Shown piece after piece: positions 60,849 through 64,000 of a stretch of DNA of 64,000 bases. Positions within the stretch are counted from its first letter, which is position 1. Each line of letters starts with the position of its first letter. The translations under genes and the position numbers were made by a program. The stretch lies in NCBI RefSeq assembly GCF_009914755.1, contig NC_060939.1. One strand, 5' to 3'. This DNA comes from the human T2T-CHM13v2.0 reference genome, Homo sapiens. A model generated the notes under the pieces. It ran no database searches and was not told the origin of the DNA. It saw only the letters and a list, made by a program, of their open reading frames with translations.

Positions 60849-60932
60849 GAGAAGAGAGATCTCTTAAGAGATAGCTAACTTGATTACAAAAGAGTTTGAA
60901 CTGAATCTTTACCCCCAACAAAAGACTCTTTA

Positions 60933-60984
60933 AAACAGAAATAGCTGGATTACTTTAAACAGAAATAGCTGGATTACCTTAAAC
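60933..60984. repeat. Tandem duplication, period 24 bp
   Basis: aaacagaaatagctggattacYtt twice. Confidence 0.9.
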
Positions 60985-61467
60985 TGACAAATAAAACTTC
61001 CTTCTGCCATCAGAGAAACTGGAGCTCAAGAACAAGATAAGATCAGCAAAAGAAAACAAGTGAAGATACTTTTTTGGGCGTATCTGAATTACATTGGTAA
61101 ATTTCAGTCCCATCATATGTGTTCATCTTAAAAATGTGCAAAATGGTTACGCACCCCCTGCCATATGTTGAAATACTCTTTAATAAAATAAAACTGACAG
61201 CAGAGCTAATATTTAAATCCACCAAACTGGCCCAGTAACTAACATTTCTGAGTAGCAAATATCAGTATATTGATTCACAGAATGTAGACAGGTTATAAAA
61301 GAAAGTCTTATTTTTCAAGAATTCATTGGAAAAAGAAACGTTAAAAATGTTGAATATAAAAACACTATTAAATTAACATGGTTTTCAATCTGTACCTATA
61401 CAAAACCTAAATTGCAGTATGATAAAACCTTATGGAGCATACACAGTCTATAATGTATTTTAATTAC

Positions 61468-61581
61468 CTGTAGAGAAGTAATTCTATCATAGTGAATTGT
61501 GGTCATCTCATTCTCTGTCAGAGCATTTCCAGTTTGGTCATTAATTTCAAAACCAGTATAGAATTTAAGCATGTCCAAAAG
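61468..61581 (-). CDS. AQR: AQR coding exon 2/21 (~aa 301-338, LLDMLKFY...ITSLQ)
   Basis: 114 nt, cag/CTT...CAG/gtaatt, phase 0-0. Confidence 0.97.
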
Positions 61582-61950
61582 CTGAAGAAACACATTTACA
61601 TGTATAAATCATATGAACATAAGGGCAAGAAAGCACAATACTGTTTAAAATAATAAACAGGTTCATACAGTTTCTCAGAGGTGCTGAAAAAACTCAGGAA
61701 TGTAAACATTACAAAAAAGATTTTAGAACATATCCAACTAAAAACGTTTTAGTTACATGAAAATAAAGTATGTGAATAAATTGTTAAATCTATTTCATAT
61801 ACATGGTCTACTTCTGCAAAGAAAAACTTATACTGCAATCCCAATACCTAAGACACGTTAAGGAGATAATCTAAAGAAGCCCAGCATTTTAATGAAACAA
61901 ACAACATCTATCTTATCTATCTACATCACTGAAAACTTACAAAGCTATAG

Positions 61951-62345
<395 letters not shown>

Positions 62346-62736
62346 GTGCTGCTTCTTTTAGGGAAAAACACTAAGATAGGGAAAGCTAAGTTATTCTTTT
62401 TTCTCCATGGCCATCAAAGTCCTTTGGCTTAGTTTCTCTTGCTAACGAGGCTCTGATGTCTCCCCTGTAGCAGCAGCATCAACAGAGCCTACTGGCTGCA
62501 CTCACCCCAAATCTTTATTATTTTTAGATCTAATCTATGGCAGATCAGATATTAAGATTTTAATATATTTTAATATATGTGGCAAATCACTAGACAGAAA
62601 TTTAAAAAGAGAATAAGAGGAATGCTCCCAGATATAAAAGAACAAAGGGGATATGTAAACACATACCAAAATTGTATCTCTAACTATGATCTCATTGAAA
62701 GATAGCATTAGAAGTTTGTTAAAAATGATTTCTCCT

Positions 62737-63048
62737 GCTGGGTGCAGTGGTTCACGCCTGTAATCCTAGCATTTTGGGAGGCCGAGGTGGCCAAATTGCC
62801 TTAGTTCAGGAGTGTGAGGCCACCTGGGCAACATGGTGAGACCCTGTCTCTACTAAAAATACAAAACATTACCCGGGCGTGGCGGTGCATGCCTGTAATT
62901 CCGGCTACTGGGGAGACTGAGGCAGGAGAATCACTTGAACCCAGGAGGCGGAGGTTGCAGTGAGCCGAGATCATGCCACTGCCACTGCACTCCAGCCCGG
63001 GTGACAGAGCGAACTGTGTCTCCATAAACAAAACAAAACAAAACCAAA
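62737..63048 (+). mobile_element. Alu
   Basis: Alu dimer with (AAAAC)n tail. Confidence 0.93.
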
Positions 63049-63527
63049 AGAAATGCTTTCTTCTGCATGACATAACAGGAAATGTAAAATACTGTGTCTT
63101 CCTAGCCAAGACAACAAAGTTAAGTGCATTTGCAGCTTCCTTATTCAAGGCAGCATGTATACTTCTACATGATCAACTATCTGTCACCATCATCTTATAG
63201 AAAGAGTCATACTATTGGGGCACAGTTCATTTAAAATTAATGCTCATCAGCTACTATATTTCACATAAAATCAAAACTTGTGAACATGTGTGACTGTATT
63301 CCCCAAATCATAATTTAGTCCAATAATAAAAATCATACATAATTAACAAAAAGTTATATAATTACTAGAGGCAACCTATATAAGAATACATTCATTTTAT
63401 ATATTAAGACATGACTTTAAAATAACTAGGAGTTTGTGTTATGCCCTGATACTCCCAGTTGTGTGGCAAAGAAAAGATCAATTTAGAAAGTAAAACAATA
63501 AATACGTTCAGATACATCAATATTCAC

Positions 63528-63644
63528 CTGGGAAAAAAGATGGCCATCCTCTTCTCTACGAACAAGATTGGAAAGGTAACAGTGAACCAGAAGGTGGGAA
63601 TCATCCAGGATGGTATTAAACCAGCGCCTTGTGGGTAGCAGGGC
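63528..63644 (-). CDS. AQR: AQR coding exon 1/21 in window (~aa 262-300, ALLPTRRWF...HLFSQ)
   Basis: 117 nt, cag/GCC...CAG/gtgaat; translation matches Aquarius N-terminal ARM region. Confidence 0.97.
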
Positions 63645-63887
63645 CTGGGAAAAACAAACATCATAACAGTAAGTTTGCATCTATTCTCCACAGCTAGAAG
63701 TGAAATCTAGTGATATTTAACTCTCAAGTATTAATCACATACAAGGTACCCTCCAACCTTCCAATAGACACACTGTATACAATGCAAGAGGTCCCGTTCA
63801 TGCTGTAAATAAACCCAGTGGCAATGTTTTTGGTTTTAAAAACAATAATGATGATAAAAGAACTTTTAAGATAAAATTGAAAATAAA

Positions 63888-64000
63888 GGCCGGGCGCGGT
63901 GGCTCATGCCTATAATCCCAGTGCTTTGGCGTGGCGGGTGGATCACCTGAGGTCAGGAGTTCAAGATTAGCCTGGGCAACAGGGCAAAACCCTATCTCTA
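63888..64000 (+). mobile_element. Alu, cut by the window end
   Basis: ggccgggcgcggtggctc. Confidence 0.93.

Overview
Primate (most likely human) genomic DNA covering the interior of AQR (Aquarius/IBP160, a Upf1-like SF1 spliceosomal RNA helicase) on the minus strand. I traced 21 consecutive coding exons by hand, from 63644 down to 1955. All introns are GT-AG and the phases agree. The exons give 2985 nt, or 995 codons, with no stop: about residues 262-1256, numbered from my recollection of Walker-A Lys829. The start and stop codons lie outside the window. The introns are mostly repeats: about 33 Alus, several L1/L2/MIR relics, two solo ERV1 LTRs with intact 4-bp TSDs, and DNA-transposon relics. 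I see no new protein-coding system, RNA gene or prokaryote-type system; almost all other ORFs in the track are Alu/L1 read-through or chance ORFs. The best hidden structure is in splicing. Behind the Walker-A exon, a (UG)24 tract separates the normal donor from a perfect-consensus cryptic donor exactly 105 nt downstream, in frame and stop-free, at a solo-LTR junction. Two consecutive exons regenerate 5' splice sites once spliced. There is also a candidate poison exon. Repeat subfamily names are from memory and repeat boundaries are approximate.
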